Below are positions 1-10,029 of a DNA stretch of 64,000 nt, piece by piece. The notes below the pieces were generated by a model. That model did not search any database and was not told the origin of the DNA. It saw only the letters and a list, made by a program, of their open reading frames with translations. The stretch lies in NCBI GenBank assembly GCA_028710495.1, contig JAQUST010000006.1, positions 1,993 to 65,992 on the forward strand, read 5' to 3'. This stretch comes from Clostridia bacterium (GTDB taxonomy: Bacteria > Bacillota > Clostridia > Christensenellales > CAG-917). The stretch's first letter is position 1, and each line of letters starts with the position of its first letter. A program made the translations under genes and the position numbers.

Positions 1-2
1 TC

Positions 3-3000
3 GCGCTCAAGCCTGAGTATTTTGCAGCAGCAATCAACGCGAAAGCCATCAATGCAATAATTCGTTTCTATCAACGCGCAGAGGATAAAGAAGAAAAAGA
101 TGTGTTCCCTGAAATTGGAGATATTCTTCTTGAACTCTATACAGGCGCTGATGACAAAATGGATATTGCATTGAACTTGAAGATCAATGACAGTTTCTAC
201 GGAAGTCTTGATTTGACCGAACTCGATATTGCAAATTCTGCTGATACCGGCGTTAATGGAAGAACAGGACATATTCCAACAACGGCAGAACTTGCGGAAT
301 ATACAAGCGCGTATAACATTGAAACAGGTGAAATATTGCTTGAAAGTATTGGACTAGCTTTCGACGGAACGCTTGCTTTGACTTCGAACGGCTATAAACT
401 GGGCGATGCGCAATATGAAAACACATTCAACTATTGGATGGGTGGATTGATTGATAATTTGCTTGAAACAGCTCTAGGTTCAGCAGCTGACCTTTCAGAT
501 GCAAGTGATTTTGAATTTGTTTTGGGAAATGGTGATATCTCCTTTGACTTGCAAGCGAAGATTGACCTCAACCTCAAAGCAATGATGAGTGGCGGAGGAT
601 TAAACCTGGGTGGAATAGTTTACTCGGATTTCTCCATTGAAATATACTTTGGTTCGCCTATCAACACTTTGGCACTTGGTATTTATTATCTTGGCTCATC
701 GAGAGTGACTGGCTCAAACTTTAATTATTCGCTTAATGCAGGAACATATGGCTCATTTGCAGACTATATTTATATCGATTTGACATCCTTTGGTCTTGGA
801 AAAGTAAAATTGAGCGGTATCGCAGGTATGCTTGGCGGAACAGGTATCACTGCAGCAACTCCGACCTCAGATGCCACAACAACGGAAGAGCTTGATGTCA
901 GAGAAGTTGAAAGTATTGCTGCAGAACTTATACTTGAAGAAAACAAAATCGCAGTCAACTTCAATGGCGCTATCATTACAAGAGCTCTTGGTCTATTAGG
1001 TCTTGACCTCGCGTTTGGTGACCCTCCAATTCAAAGCGCACAGCTTGATATCGAATTCGACGACGGACTGAATGCTATTATATTGAATGCAACTTTGGAT
1101 AGTGAAGGCACCGCACTTTACATGTCGCTTGAAAATCTCGACGTGTCTTTCAACACGGGCAATGAAAAACTTATTGATGTCGCAGACATGATTGCGCAAA
1201 CCTCATATAACTATGCAGGGTTATCTTTGGGTACACTTGGCGTTGGCGGAATATTGCATAACGTTTTGGAAACTCTTGATCCAAATATGAAGATAACTTT
1301 GAAGAAGCTCACAACGGATTCTATTGTATTGTCAGATAATGACAGCTTCGCGAAGAAGACGGGCTATGCTGATTATACTGTTTGTCCTACCGCAACGATA
1401 ACGTTGTCAAGAGGACCGCGTAACATCTCGAATGGAACATCCAACTCGACAGATCCGCAAAGAATTATACTCGGAATAAATGCAGTTCACCCGATGAGAG
1501 GAGATGGCGATTTCTCAGGTTATGCAACCGATCCATTCACCTTAACCGGATATCTCTCGAATTCAAACGTTGTGTTGACAGGTTTGAAAGGACTTGTTGG
1601 TGACAACATTATTGCAAAAGCTGTTGTTGGCTTCCTTGATCCGTTGGATCTTGGTGGAATGATAAATAAAGAAACAGGTCAATTGCTTGATATCTATGAT
1701 ATGGCAAAGGGCAATAATGACTATTATGATTATCCGACAACTGGAGATGTGGGCGGAGTTTACTCAAAGAACGAGATACCTGATCCTACAAAAATTTACA
1801 CCTGGGCACCGGATACATCAAATATTATAAGTGGAGCTTCCATAAGTCTGTGGAACAGCTATGGATACACACCATATAAAGACGGTTCAACAACTTATAC
1901 AGCAGGAAGTGTTACAGAGAGATATACATCAATCAAATTGTCTCTTGATGCAGACACATTCAATGATTTGCTCTGCGGTGTTTACTATACGCTTATTTCG
2001 ATGCTTGGCGAAAACTTTGCCGCTCCACTAAAATCTGGCGCAGATCTCTATAACGCTGCAACACATTATGGAACAGTAGAAGGCATACTAAGGAATTTCG
2101 AGGCGCTTTCAGACGGAACAGTAGCACAAAGAGTCGCTTATATGAAACCGTATGCGGCAGCTTTCCCGGCAGCACTTGTTCGCTTCCTTTTGATAAGCAG
2201 CGGATATGACGGTGTGACATGGGCAATACCTGCACCACTTGCGGCTCTCAGCCTTTTGGTTGATTCAATATTGCCGTTGCCTTGGGCAACTAGTGATCCA
2301 ACTGTCTGTATTTATATTGATGCAATGGCATCCGGCGCAGCCGGCGATATTTCCTCGACACCGGGAATACAGAGCATTGAAATTTATGTCAATGCAACTG
2401 CAACCACAATTTTGAATTCTGGTCAATATCTGAGAGCAATCATACAGCCAAATTCTTCAAACTCGGCTATGCTGTCATTTGTTGAAGCGGAATCGATTTC
2501 AGCGGCGTCAGGAGAAATCACTCCGCCAACGTCGATTACAATCACCGACCCGTCACAACGCAAAGGAACAATGACCGGTGGTGGCGCTGGAACAAAATCA
2601 CTCTTCTTGACTGCTGAATATTTTATTAAATCAGATTACTTCCCACAAAGAGCGAATGTCACTTTCCTTGACGGAACGACAAACAACAAAGGCTCAGGCG
2701 GAATGGAAGATCTTGGTGGCGCTCATATTACTTGGGACGCGAGCTCTGTGAATATGACAGCCGCATCGGCAACTACGAATTGGTTGGCTGGATATGTATA
2801 CGGTTATGTGCTGGGCAAGATTGTTTACAAAATCCCTGTTTACGTCACAAATGCTTATGAGGTGACTGCAATCAAGGGCTACTATCAAGCCGATACGACT
2901 TGGACTGCAAGAGCTTTGACAGTCGATATGAACAGTAACAATTCAACATTCAATGTTGATTTGCCTGATGAAGTTCGTATCACGTTCAGATCGGGCGGTA

Positions 3001-6000
3001 CAAAGACCTTTACAACTCATTTTAACGATGAGGATTATTTAACAAGCTATCTGCCTGATGTTTGGGGATATATCGCCCCTGCTGATGCAGTATCAGACAG
3101 CAACGCAACATCACAGTATCCTGCAGGTATGTTGACTTGGAACTACAAAGATTTCGAATACGATCTCGTTGGAGGAACAGTCAAGGTTTACTATACTTAC
3201 AAATGGGGCTTGTCGCAGACTGCAACCAATTTTGTGGTCATTCCTATCAAGAACTACAAGGTTGCTTCAATAACCAAATTTATTAATGGCGCAACATCTT
3301 TGTATAACTTCACGGGCTTCAACGCATTCAACCTTGATCAATATATCAGTGGAACACAAGCGAGCGACTTTGACCTTGCAGCCTACATTGCAAACTTTAA
3401 TTCTGCAAATGGCAAATACGCAAACTACGAACTTAATGGCACAACAATAGCTGGCTTGAGTTATTCAGGTTTGGATATTACTTGGGATTTGTCAAACCTT
3501 ACAAAGGCAATGAGCAAAATTAAGAATGCAGAAACAGACGGCTGGAATTATTATGAAGGTCTAGATGTAACTGTAAAAGCTTATGTTGGTGGAGCAACCT
3601 TTGTAGCAAGCGAATATTACAAAAACTATCCAAAGGATACTGAACTTGAAAACAGTACTTTCTATGATGAAGAAACAGGATATGTTTATGTCAAACAAGC
3701 TGTCAATGTAAGAATTAAGGTCGCTTCCAGACAATTTGAAAATTTTGTCAAGAGTGAAATAGCATTTGACCCGTATTCATTCGACAGTCTGACAGATGTA
3801 GGTGCTATAGACAGTGAGCTACAGGTCTACTTTGACATCGATGGAATAAAAACAGCAAAATGGGTAACAAGCGGTGTTGATATGAGCATTGAAATTCCGA
3901 GTGTTGATCCATCACTTATTAGCTACAAAGGTTATTCGGGAGAGGACGACCTTAATGCAACGGTCACAATAGGCACAGTGTCAAGTGGTTATCAAGTTGT
4001 TAAGATGCCAATCACAGTCAGAACAATGCTTGCATCAACAAAGAACTTGACAATTACGGATACATTCAATCCGTATTGGTATGAGGCATTTGAGACTATA
4101 GATATGTTGTTTGCCGATGGTATCACTCACACGATGCATATTGATTGGTCAACTTTAAGACTCTTCAGCAAATCTATATATACATCCACTTATGAGTTGA
4201 CTGGCGATAATATGAATATTTACTCGGGTGGAACGAAATACGCGCTTGCAGAAGCATATGTGTTGGATGGCGAAAGCAATGAGCTTGGTCAATTCAACGG
4301 CAGCCGTCAGCAAGTCAAGTTTATGCTGAACATCCGCACTAAAACTATTACGGGCGTCTATCAGTATGACGGAGCGGGAGACGCAAGCAGTCTTGATAGC
4401 TATAATACAACTGCTTATTCAATCAATCCTCTTACCTATGATGTAGCAAGTGACAGCTACTTCCAAAACACTGGTTATGGAAATGAAGGCGCGAAGGTCA
4501 AGATAACCTATATCTATAATGCCGTAGAAGTGCAAGAATTCGCATATGTATTGGAATGGAACACTTCAGACTTCAATCCAAGCTATGATCAGGAGAATAC
4601 TACAGTTATTGCCAAGATTGGCAATCAAAATAAACTAATCGATGTTACAGTCGAAACGAAGATTGTTGACAGCTTCACTATGGACGGTTCTTATGTTTGG
4701 AACGAAGTAGCGGGCGAATATCAATACAATCCGCTCACGGCATTTAGTATTTCAAACACAGCAAACTCAGTCGTGTTTGAAGATGCAACGAGCACATCAA
4801 ATATCGCAATCGAATGGGATAGTGACTCAGCTCCGACAACTGCAGAACTTAACGCAGGAGAGTTTACCAGAACAATAACTTTCTTCCCGGAAAGCGATAT
4901 TATGCGTCAAGAAGTTCAAGTCACAATAAAAGTTCTGTATTATGCAGACCTTGAAATCCATACCCCGATTATTGAGGGCGATATAATACCTTATTATATT
5001 TTCAGTGAAGTTGACTTGCCGTCAACCGTGACTTTCTTCGATCAAAACGGTACTGAACACAATAATGTTCCAATAACTTGGGATAGTTATGAGTTGCCAA
5101 CGGCTGAAGAAATTATTGCGGGAAGTTTCACAAGAAGCGGAGTCATTGTCAGCGCTGATAAATATCCTGCAATTGAGCAGACATACACAATCATCAACTC
5201 ATACCGTATCAAAGAGTTTACAAGAGAAAATGATGAGTATGCTTACACATTGACAGCTGAAAACTTCTACAAGGGTTTGCCTTCAACACTTACAGTTCTT
5301 GTTGGAGTGAACGAAGTCCCGATTACAGTCAATGCGGAATGGCTCGATATTAGCTATGATATTTCAGGCATGGCAAGAACAGCAAAATATGTTAAACTCT
5401 CAGGAGCAGGTTTTGAAACCACTACTCCGTTGAATGTTGCAAGCAGAACAATTGCTTCAGATTCACTAGTGTTCCTCACAATTGAAGCTGCACAAATCAA
5501 TGAATTTGCCGATGCCTCAACATTTGTGTTTGACCCGTTTGGCTTATACACGGGCACAGACAAATTGTTTGCAAGCGGTGATGAAATTGCTGTCAAGATT
5601 GGTGGAGTTTACGCCAACGGCATTCTTACTGACTATGCAACTTACAATGTTAAAGCAACATACACTTTGCCAAGCGACATCCTCAGCAGCTCAAATTATT
5701 ACGGTAAGACATTGCAGGTCGAAGTCACATTTGACTATGTAACGGGCGAAGTAAAGAAGATGATGAATGTAACTGTTGTTGACAGAAGCATTTCAAAGAT
5801 ATCAAATCCATTGTATCGCTCAATCGCTATTGACCCGTTTGATTCATCGACCTTCGCAACATTGCCGTCAACACTTAGCGCCTTGACAAGTAGCGACGGA
5901 ACGACATTCGACTTCTCAGTCACTTGGCCGACCGATTCGCTCATAACAAAAGCAGGCGGAGTGTATCCAGATTATCTTATCAAGTTTGTATATCAAGTTT

Positions 6001-8459
6001 CAGAAAATGTGCAAGCAGTGCAATATGTCAGTATTCCAATCACAATAATCAACAGAACAGTTGTTGGAACTGAATTTGTGATGAATAGTGAGTTTAGTCA
6101 GACTGAAATCCTTTCAAAGAAAGAAACAATGACTTATACTCACAGCAGCGTTGCATTGTCACAGATTTTGCAAACGGTTTATGACAAAGCCACATCAACT
6201 CCAACAACATTCACAATCTCGAACCCGTTCTCTTATGATGTAAATATGTTCCCGTCAAAAGTTGTGTTGACATTTGCTGATGGAGAAAAGAGAACCTATA
6301 ATATCACTTGGGAGAATTTGCCTGAAACAGTTTCAAGTATTGATACTTTGCACCAAATGGTCGAAGTCAAGATTTGGAGCTATATCGGAGCTTCCGACCC
6401 AATAATTGAAAGTGAAATTGAACTTGTAGTCAAATCATTCAAGGTCACACGTTTGAACTCAAGCATTGCATCATCAACGCTTGACAACAACTTCAGATAT
6501 CACTTCTATCCGTATGCTGGCATCAATGGTACTTCTGTCACATACACCAACGAAGACCTATCAACTTCAACACTCACTTTGCTAAATGCATTCAACAGCG
6601 CAAACTACAATACGCAGACCACGCTCTATATTGACGGGCAATGGGTGCTTATCTCTAAGCTTGCAAATTATGCAGGATACACAAGATTGACTGATAACGA
6701 AGAAACGATTGCTTACAGTTACGATACCGCATTGCGAGCTTATGTTCAGTCGCCAACAGGTGAATATGCCTATATCTATTCGATTACACAGACAATAGAT
6801 ATAAATTGGGATTTGCTTGATTTGACTTACACCTACGAAGGTGGCACAAGATATATAAACGCAAATATCGGAACAACTGATGAATTGAAGCAAACACTCA
6901 GAGTGCCAATCATGCTCGAGAAGCAACAACTAGCTCAAGTCACATATGACGAGACTTATTTTGATGCATCTGCCACGATAGCAACGAAGGCGTACTTCTT
7001 AGAGAACAAAGTCTTTGACCCGTGGACAACAACTTATGACTACACAGGCACAGACGTATTGAAATTCTATCCAGTGCAAGGGCTTGCTACATTTACTTCT
7101 GATGGCGGAACAACAAGCTGGAAGCAACTTGTGGATATCAAATGGAACCTTGACAGCATTAACCCAACTTATTCGGGAGGCGTGTTCTCAGCAAAAGCAA
7201 TAATCAACGGTAATGGAGAATATAACCATGAGATTTGCTTGGCTAAGACACAAACCTATGTGAAGAGTATGACATATGTTGACAGATCAGGTGCTCTTAC
7301 AGAGTCAAGCACATACAACAGCACAATTAGGAATTTGGCTGGCTATGTTGATGCAACAGGTATTTCAACAACTTGGGTTGATCCATACAATTATTCAACT
7401 CCGACTATGCCTGATTATATCTATGTTGATGTGCTCAATACTTCTGGAACAACAACAACGCAGTACTTCTCAAAGGCTTCAACAACATATACACTCAGCT
7501 GGGATTTCAACTCTTTCAGACCAAACTACACTGGAGGAACAACAGCTATCTATGCAGTTCTGACAGTTGGAAATACGACGCAGCGACTCCCAATCGAATT
7601 TAATGTCAAGAGGAAGTATGCGTATATTGTCAAGGGTGTTGTGAACGGAACAACAGCAGCTAGCTCAGCAGTCAACACGGGAACAACTGGCAACTATTAC
7701 GGTATATTCAATACTGTAACTGGACTTGGGTCTGTAACCAACACAACCTCCTATACTTACTGTATGAGCCCGTTTGTATCTGCAACCTACAAGTTGCCAA
7801 CTTCTTACAACGTCACATTCAAGACTTGGACATATAATCAAACAACAGGTTTTACAGAAGTGACAAATGAAACAAAGGTATTTAGTTACGCAACTGTTAC
7901 AATGCCTGCAGCATTTGAATATGGTTGGACAGCAGTTCCAGTTGAAAATGCTTACAATGCAACTATCAAGTTTGGTTCACAACAATATGTGACAGTGCCT
8001 GTTGCAGTTTATAGTGCATCCATTGCAACTCCGACAACTCCGACATACGGAGGAGGCGCATCCGCGTGGATTACTACACAAACTTCTGCAACAGTAACAA
8101 TCAACGGTGTCGCTACAACAATCAATGTGCCGGTAGTGTGGTATGGCGTTGCTCTTGTTTACAACAGAACTGCAACAACAATCATAGCAACGCACAAAGT
8201 GAGCTTCTCATCAACAAGCACAACGATGAATTTGCCGGATTGTAGCGGGAGACAAGTTATCTATATTTTGAAAGGCGTTGTTGGTACGATGATTGACAGC
8301 AATGGTAATGTTCTTACCTCAAAGACAGTAACAAGCGCAGTCACTGAAACATACAACAGCGTAAGCTACACCCTTGCCGCAATCGATGACACAATTCCAA
8401 TGAGTGCATACACAACGGGCAACTATAGCTATTCTGCAACAATCACAAGCAATCGCTAA
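3..8459 (+). CDS. Giant secreted/surface repeat protein, 5'-truncated by the window edge (2,818 codons visible)
   Basis: The frame of the 102..8459 ORF stays open back to nt 3 with no in-frame stop. The GTG at 102 is only the first start-like codon, so the gene begins upstream of the window. The protein is T/S/N/Y-rich and Cys-poor. From about nt 2700 to 7600 there are at least 13 copies of a module marked by [ILVA]-x-W-[DNEPLS]: ITWDAS, LTWNYK, ITWDLS, IDWSTL, LEWNTS, IEWDSD, ITWDSY, AEWLDI, VTWPTD, ITWENL, INWDLL, IKWNLD, LSWDFN. There is no LPXTG motif or C-terminal TM. Confidence 0.8.
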   Translation, partial: ALKPEYFAAAINAKAINAIIRFYQRAEDKEEKDVFPEIGDILLELYTGADDKMDIALNLKINDSFYGSLDLTELDIANSADTGVNGRTGHIPTTAELAEYTSAYNIETGEILLESIGLAFDGTLALTSNGYKLGDAQYENTFNYWMGGLIDNLLETALGSAADLSDASDFEFVLGNGDISFDLQAKIDLNLKAMMSGGGLNLGGIVYSDFSIEIYFGSPINTLALGIYYLGSSRVTGSNFNYSLNAGTYGSFADYIYIDLTSFGLGKVKLSGIAGMLGGTGITAATPTSDATTTEELDVREVESIAAELILEENKIAVNFNGAIITRALGLLGLDLAFGDPPIQSAQLDIEFDDGLNAIILNATLDSEGTALYMSLENLDVSFNTGNEKLIDVADMIAQTSYNYAGLSLGTLGVGGILHNVLETLDPNMKITLKKLTTDSIVLSDNDSFAKKTGYADYTVCPTATITLSRGPRNISNGTSNSTDPQRIILGINAVHPMRGDGDFSGYATDPFTLTGYLSNSNVVLTGLKGLVGDNIIAKAVVGFLDPLDLGGMINKETGQLLDIYDMAKGNNDYYDYPTTGDVGGVYSKNEIPDPTKIYTWAPDTSNIISGASISLWNSYGYTPYKDGSTTYTAGSVTERYTSIKLSLDADTFNDLLCGVYYTLISMLGENFAAPLKSGADLYNAATHYGTVEGILRNFEALSDGTVAQRVAYMKPYAAAFPAALVRFLLISSGYDGVTWAIPAPLAALSLLVDSILPLPWATSDPTVCIYIDAMASGAAGDISSTPGIQSIEIYVNATATTILNSGQYLRAIIQPNSSNSAMLSFVEAESISAASGEITPPTSITITDPSQRKGTMTGGGAGTKSLFLTAEYFIKSDYFPQRANVTFLDGTTNNKGSGGMEDLGGAHITWDASSVNMTAASATTNWLAGYVYGYVLGKIVYKIPVYVTNAYEVTAIKGYYQADTTWTARALTVDMNSNNSTFNVDLPDEVRITFRSGGTKTFTTHFNDEDYLTSYLPDVWGYIAPADAVSDSNATSQYPAGMLTWNYKDFEYDLVGGTVKVYYTYKWGLSQTATNFVVIPIKNYKVASITKFINGATSLYNFTGFNAFNLDQYISGTQASDFDLAAYIANFNSANGKYANYELNGTTIAGLSYSGLDITWDLSNLTKAMSKIKNAETDGWNYYEGLDVTVKAYVGGATFVASEYYKNYPKDTELENSTFYDEETGYVYVKQAVNVRIKVASRQFENFVKSEIAFDPYSFDSLTDVGAIDSELQVYFDIDGIKTAKWVTSGVDMSIEIPSVDPSLISYKGYSGEDDLNATVTIGTVSSGYQVVKMPITVRTMLASTKNLTITDTFNPYWYEAFETIDMLFADGITHTMHIDWSTLRLFSKSIYTSTYELTGDNMNIYSGGTKYALAEAYVLDGESNELGQFNGSRQQVKFMLNIRTKTITGVYQYDGAGDASSLDSYNTTAYSINPLTYDVASDSYFQNTGYGNEGAKVKITYIYNAVEVQEFAYVLEWNTSDFNPSYDQENTTVIAKIGNQNKLIDVTVETKIVDSFTMDGSYVWNEVAGEYQYNPLTAFSISNTANSVVFEDATSTSNIAIEWDSDSAPTTAELNAGEFTRTITFFPESDIMRQEVQVTIKVLYYADLEIHTPIIEGDIIPYYIFSEVDLPSTVTFFDQNGTEHNNVPITWDSYELPTAEEIIAGSFTRSGVIVSADKYPAIEQTYTIINSYRIKEFTRENDEYAYTLTAENFYKGLPSTLTVLVGVNEVPITVNAEWLDISYDISGMARTAKYVKLSGAGFETTTPLNVASRTIASDSLVFLTIEAAQINEFADASTFVFDPFGLYTGTDKLFASGDEIAVKIGGVYANGILTDYATYNVKATYTLPSDILSSSNYYGKTLQVEVTFDYVTGEVKKMMNVTVVDRSISKISNPLYRSIAIDPFDSSTFATLPSTLSALTSSDGTTFDFSVTWPTDSLITKAGGVYPDYLIKFVYQVSENVQAVQYVSIPITIINRTVVGTEFVMNSEFSQTEILSKKETMTYTHSSVALSQILQTVYDKATSTPTTFTISNPFSYDVNMFPSKVVLTFADGEKRTYNITWENLPETVSSIDTLHQMVEVKIWSYIGASDPIIESEIELVVKSFKVTRLNSSIASSTLDNNFRYHFYPYAGINGTSVTYTNEDLSTSTLTLLNAFNSANYNTQTTLYIDGQWVLISKLANYAGYTRLTDNEETIAYSYDTALRAYVQSPTGEYAYIYSITQTIDINWDLLDLTYTYEGGTRYINANIGTTDELKQTLRVPIMLEKQQLAQVTYDETYFDASATIATKAYFLENKVFDPWTTTYDYTGTDVLKFYPVQGLATFTSDGGTTSWKQLVDIKWNLDSINPTYSGGVFSAKAIINGNGEYNHEICLAKTQTYVKSMTYVDRSGALTESSTYNSTIRNLAGYVDATGISTTWVDPYNYSTPTMPDYIYVDVLNTSGTTTTQYFSKASTTYTLSWDFNSFRPNYTGGTTAIYAVLTVGNTTQRLPIEFNVKRKYAYIVKGVVNGTTAASSAVNTGTTGNYYGIFNTVTGLGSVTNTTSYTYCMSPFVSATYKLPTSYNVTFKTWTYNQTTGFTEVTNETKVFSYATVTMPAAFEYGWTAVPVENAYNATIKFGSQQYVTVPVAVYSASIATPTTPTYGGGASAWITTQTSATVTINGVATTINVPVVWYGVALVYNRTATTIIATHKVSFSSTSTTMNLPDCSGRQVIYILKGVVGTMIDSNGNVLTSKTVTSAVTETYNSVSYTLAAIDDTIPMSAYTTGNYSYSATITSNR

Positions 8460-8470
8460 ACAATGAACAA

Positions 8471-8496
8471 CTGCACCAAACTTCAGTTTGGTGCAG
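8471..8496 (+). terminator. Stem-loop 12 nt after the giant-ORF stop (candidate terminator, no U-tract)
   Basis: ctgcaccaaac-ttca-gtttggtgcag gives a perfect 11-bp stem with a 4-nt loop. It is followed by aatactt rather than a T-run. Confidence 0.35.
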
Positions 8497-8592
8497 AATA
8501 CTTCAACTCTATGGAGAGAATTGAAATTTGCAATACAATATAAAAAGTAAGAACCTGTATTGATTTAATTTTGATCAAATGAATAAAAACAT

Positions 8593-8620
8593 TTAAGACC
8601 ACCATCACTGGTGGTCTTAA
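8593..8620 (+). promoter_or_regulatory. Perfect 12-bp hairpin ending 1 nt before the ATG at 8622; its 3' arm contains the only SD-like element (GGTGG)
   Basis: ttaagaccacca-tcac-tggtggtcttaa. GGTGG lies at 8610-8614, 7 nt upstream of ATG 8622. No T-run follows on the plus strand. Confidence 0.45.
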
Positions 8621-8621
8621 A

Positions 8622-9659
8622 ATGGGAAAAATACGAATGGAATTTTCACTTACCGCTATCAATGTTCTAATGTTTATTGCCTTGGCAATACCCGGCTATA
8701 TTATAATGAAGGTAAAACTTGTAAAGCCTTCAGCAATAGCCTATTTTGCAGCGGTCTTGCTTTATGTGAATCAACCGTTTTTATCGCTGTACAGTTTTTT
8801 GAAAGTTGAGTACTCACCACAACTTCTAGCAAATTTAGGCGTTGCATTTTTGGTTTCATTGATTTCCCAATGTGTAATGTTTTTTGTAGTATGGTTCATT
8901 CTACATAAGAGATACAGTTTGCCAAATCCGTGCTTAAGCGGTAAAAAATGGGCAGATAAAAACTCGTTTTTGCAAACAAATGCGGATTGCTATAGAAATG
9001 GTGGACTGAGAGATAGAAAAGGCGCAGCGTTGAGAGTTTTGACTTTGTCGTGTACTTTTGGTAATGTCGGATTTTTAGGTGTACCAATTTTGTATGCATT
9101 ACTTCCGCTCGCTCCTGAGGCCATAGCGTATTCAGCTGTTTATATCGTTTCAATGAATCTTTTGTGCTGGACAGTCGGCGCGGCGGTGCTTACGGGCGAC
9201 AAAAAATACATAAGCTTGAAAAAAGCTTTGCTCAATCCGCCAACGGCGACACTCATAGTCGCTCTCCCGCTCTTTTTTATGGGTATCAAGCTTCCTGATA
9301 TAGCAATGAAAGGGATTTCTTTTCTTGCGGAAATGACAACTCCGATGTGTATGCTGATTTTGGGAATGAGATTTGCCACAGCGCCGATGAAACAGCTCTT
9401 TGAGAACCGAGGTGTTTGGATGGCATCATTGACAAAAATTATAATATTTCCGCTAGCAGTATTCGGCGTTTTGTATTTTTTGCCGATTGACCATATCTTG
9501 AAAGTTACTATGTTCATTTTGGCCGCAATGCCTTCAGCGTCTGTGACTCTCAATCTGTCTGAAATTTACAAGGCAGATACAAATACAGCGGCTAATGCTG
9601 TTTTGCTCTCGACACTTCTTTGTGCTTTGACTGTTCCTGTTTTATTGTTGCTTGCTTGA
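8622..9659 (+). CDS. AEC (auxin efflux carrier) family permease
   Basis: 345-aa multi-pass hydrophobic protein. The N-terminus (MEFSLTAINVLMFIALAIPGYIIMK) and the two hydrophobic halves separated by a polar loop are typical of PF03547-type permeases. The start could be ATG 8622 or ATG 8637. Confidence 0.7.
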   Translation: MGKIRMEFSLTAINVLMFIALAIPGYIIMKVKLVKPSAIAYFAAVLLYVNQPFLSLYSFLKVEYSPQLLANLGVAFLVSLISQCVMFFVVWFILHKRYSLPNPCLSGKKWADKNSFLQTNADCYRNGGLRDRKGAALRVLTLSCTFGNVGFLGVPILYALLPLAPEAIAYSAVYIVSMNLLCWTVGAAVLTGDKKYISLKKALLNPPTATLIVALPLFFMGIKLPDIAMKGISFLAEMTTPMCMLILGMRFATAPMKQLFENRGVWMASLTKIIIFPLAVFGVLYFLPIDHILKVTMFILAAMPSASVTLNLSEIYKADTNTAANAVLLSTLLCALTVPVLLLLA

Positions 9660-9833
9660 TAAAAATTAAATATATAAAGGACTAAAATCAAAGAATCAAA
9701 AGAAAAAAATAAAGAACTAAGAGTAGTAAACCAAAAGAATCAATAATAAAAAAAACAAATAGCAATGATATTATTTTAATAAGCATTAAATATGCATTTT
9801 TCTTTGTTTCCACGCATATATTGAATGTAAATT

Positions 9834-9859
9834 GCACTCCATTGGAGTGCTTTTGTTTT
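9834..9859 (+). terminator. Rho-independent terminator of the AEC gene
   Basis: gcactcc-att-ggagtgc followed by ttttgtttt. It lies 175 nt after the stop codon. Confidence 0.7.
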
Positions 9860-9949
9860 ATAGTTCGGTTGTTTGAAGTAAGTTCGCGGTTTGAGGTGAT
9901 CCGATATATTTATTGTGGCAATAATTTGAGTCTAACATAATCAAATTTG

Positions 9950-9978
9950 TTGAAAACTCAAATGCGCTGTGATATAAT
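9950..9978 (+). promoter_or_regulatory. Sigma-A-type promoter of the SPFH operon
   Basis: TTGAAA (9950-9955), a 17-nt spacer, and an extended -10 TGaTATAAT (TATAAT at 9973-9978). Confidence 0.6.
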
Positions 9979-10029
9979 AAAAGAAAGTTAATATCATTAA
10001 ATAATTAAGCAAATTTGGAGGATACCATA

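Noticed and set aside
7600-8459. Diversity-generating retroelement targeting the C-terminus of the giant protein
   Set aside because: There is no reverse transcriptase gene and no template-repeat copy of the 3' coding region anywhere in the window. No adenine-specific mismatch pattern could be identified.
10015-10029. Upstream alternative starts given by the ORF track for several genes (TTG 10015, 13964..14548, TTG 19642, 21951, 23687, 38394, 40692, 45424, 52531, 53660, 58983, 60399)
   Set aside because: In each case the extension overlaps the SD or the preceding gene. A downstream ATG with a properly spaced GGAGG-type SD gives an N-terminus matching the family consensus.
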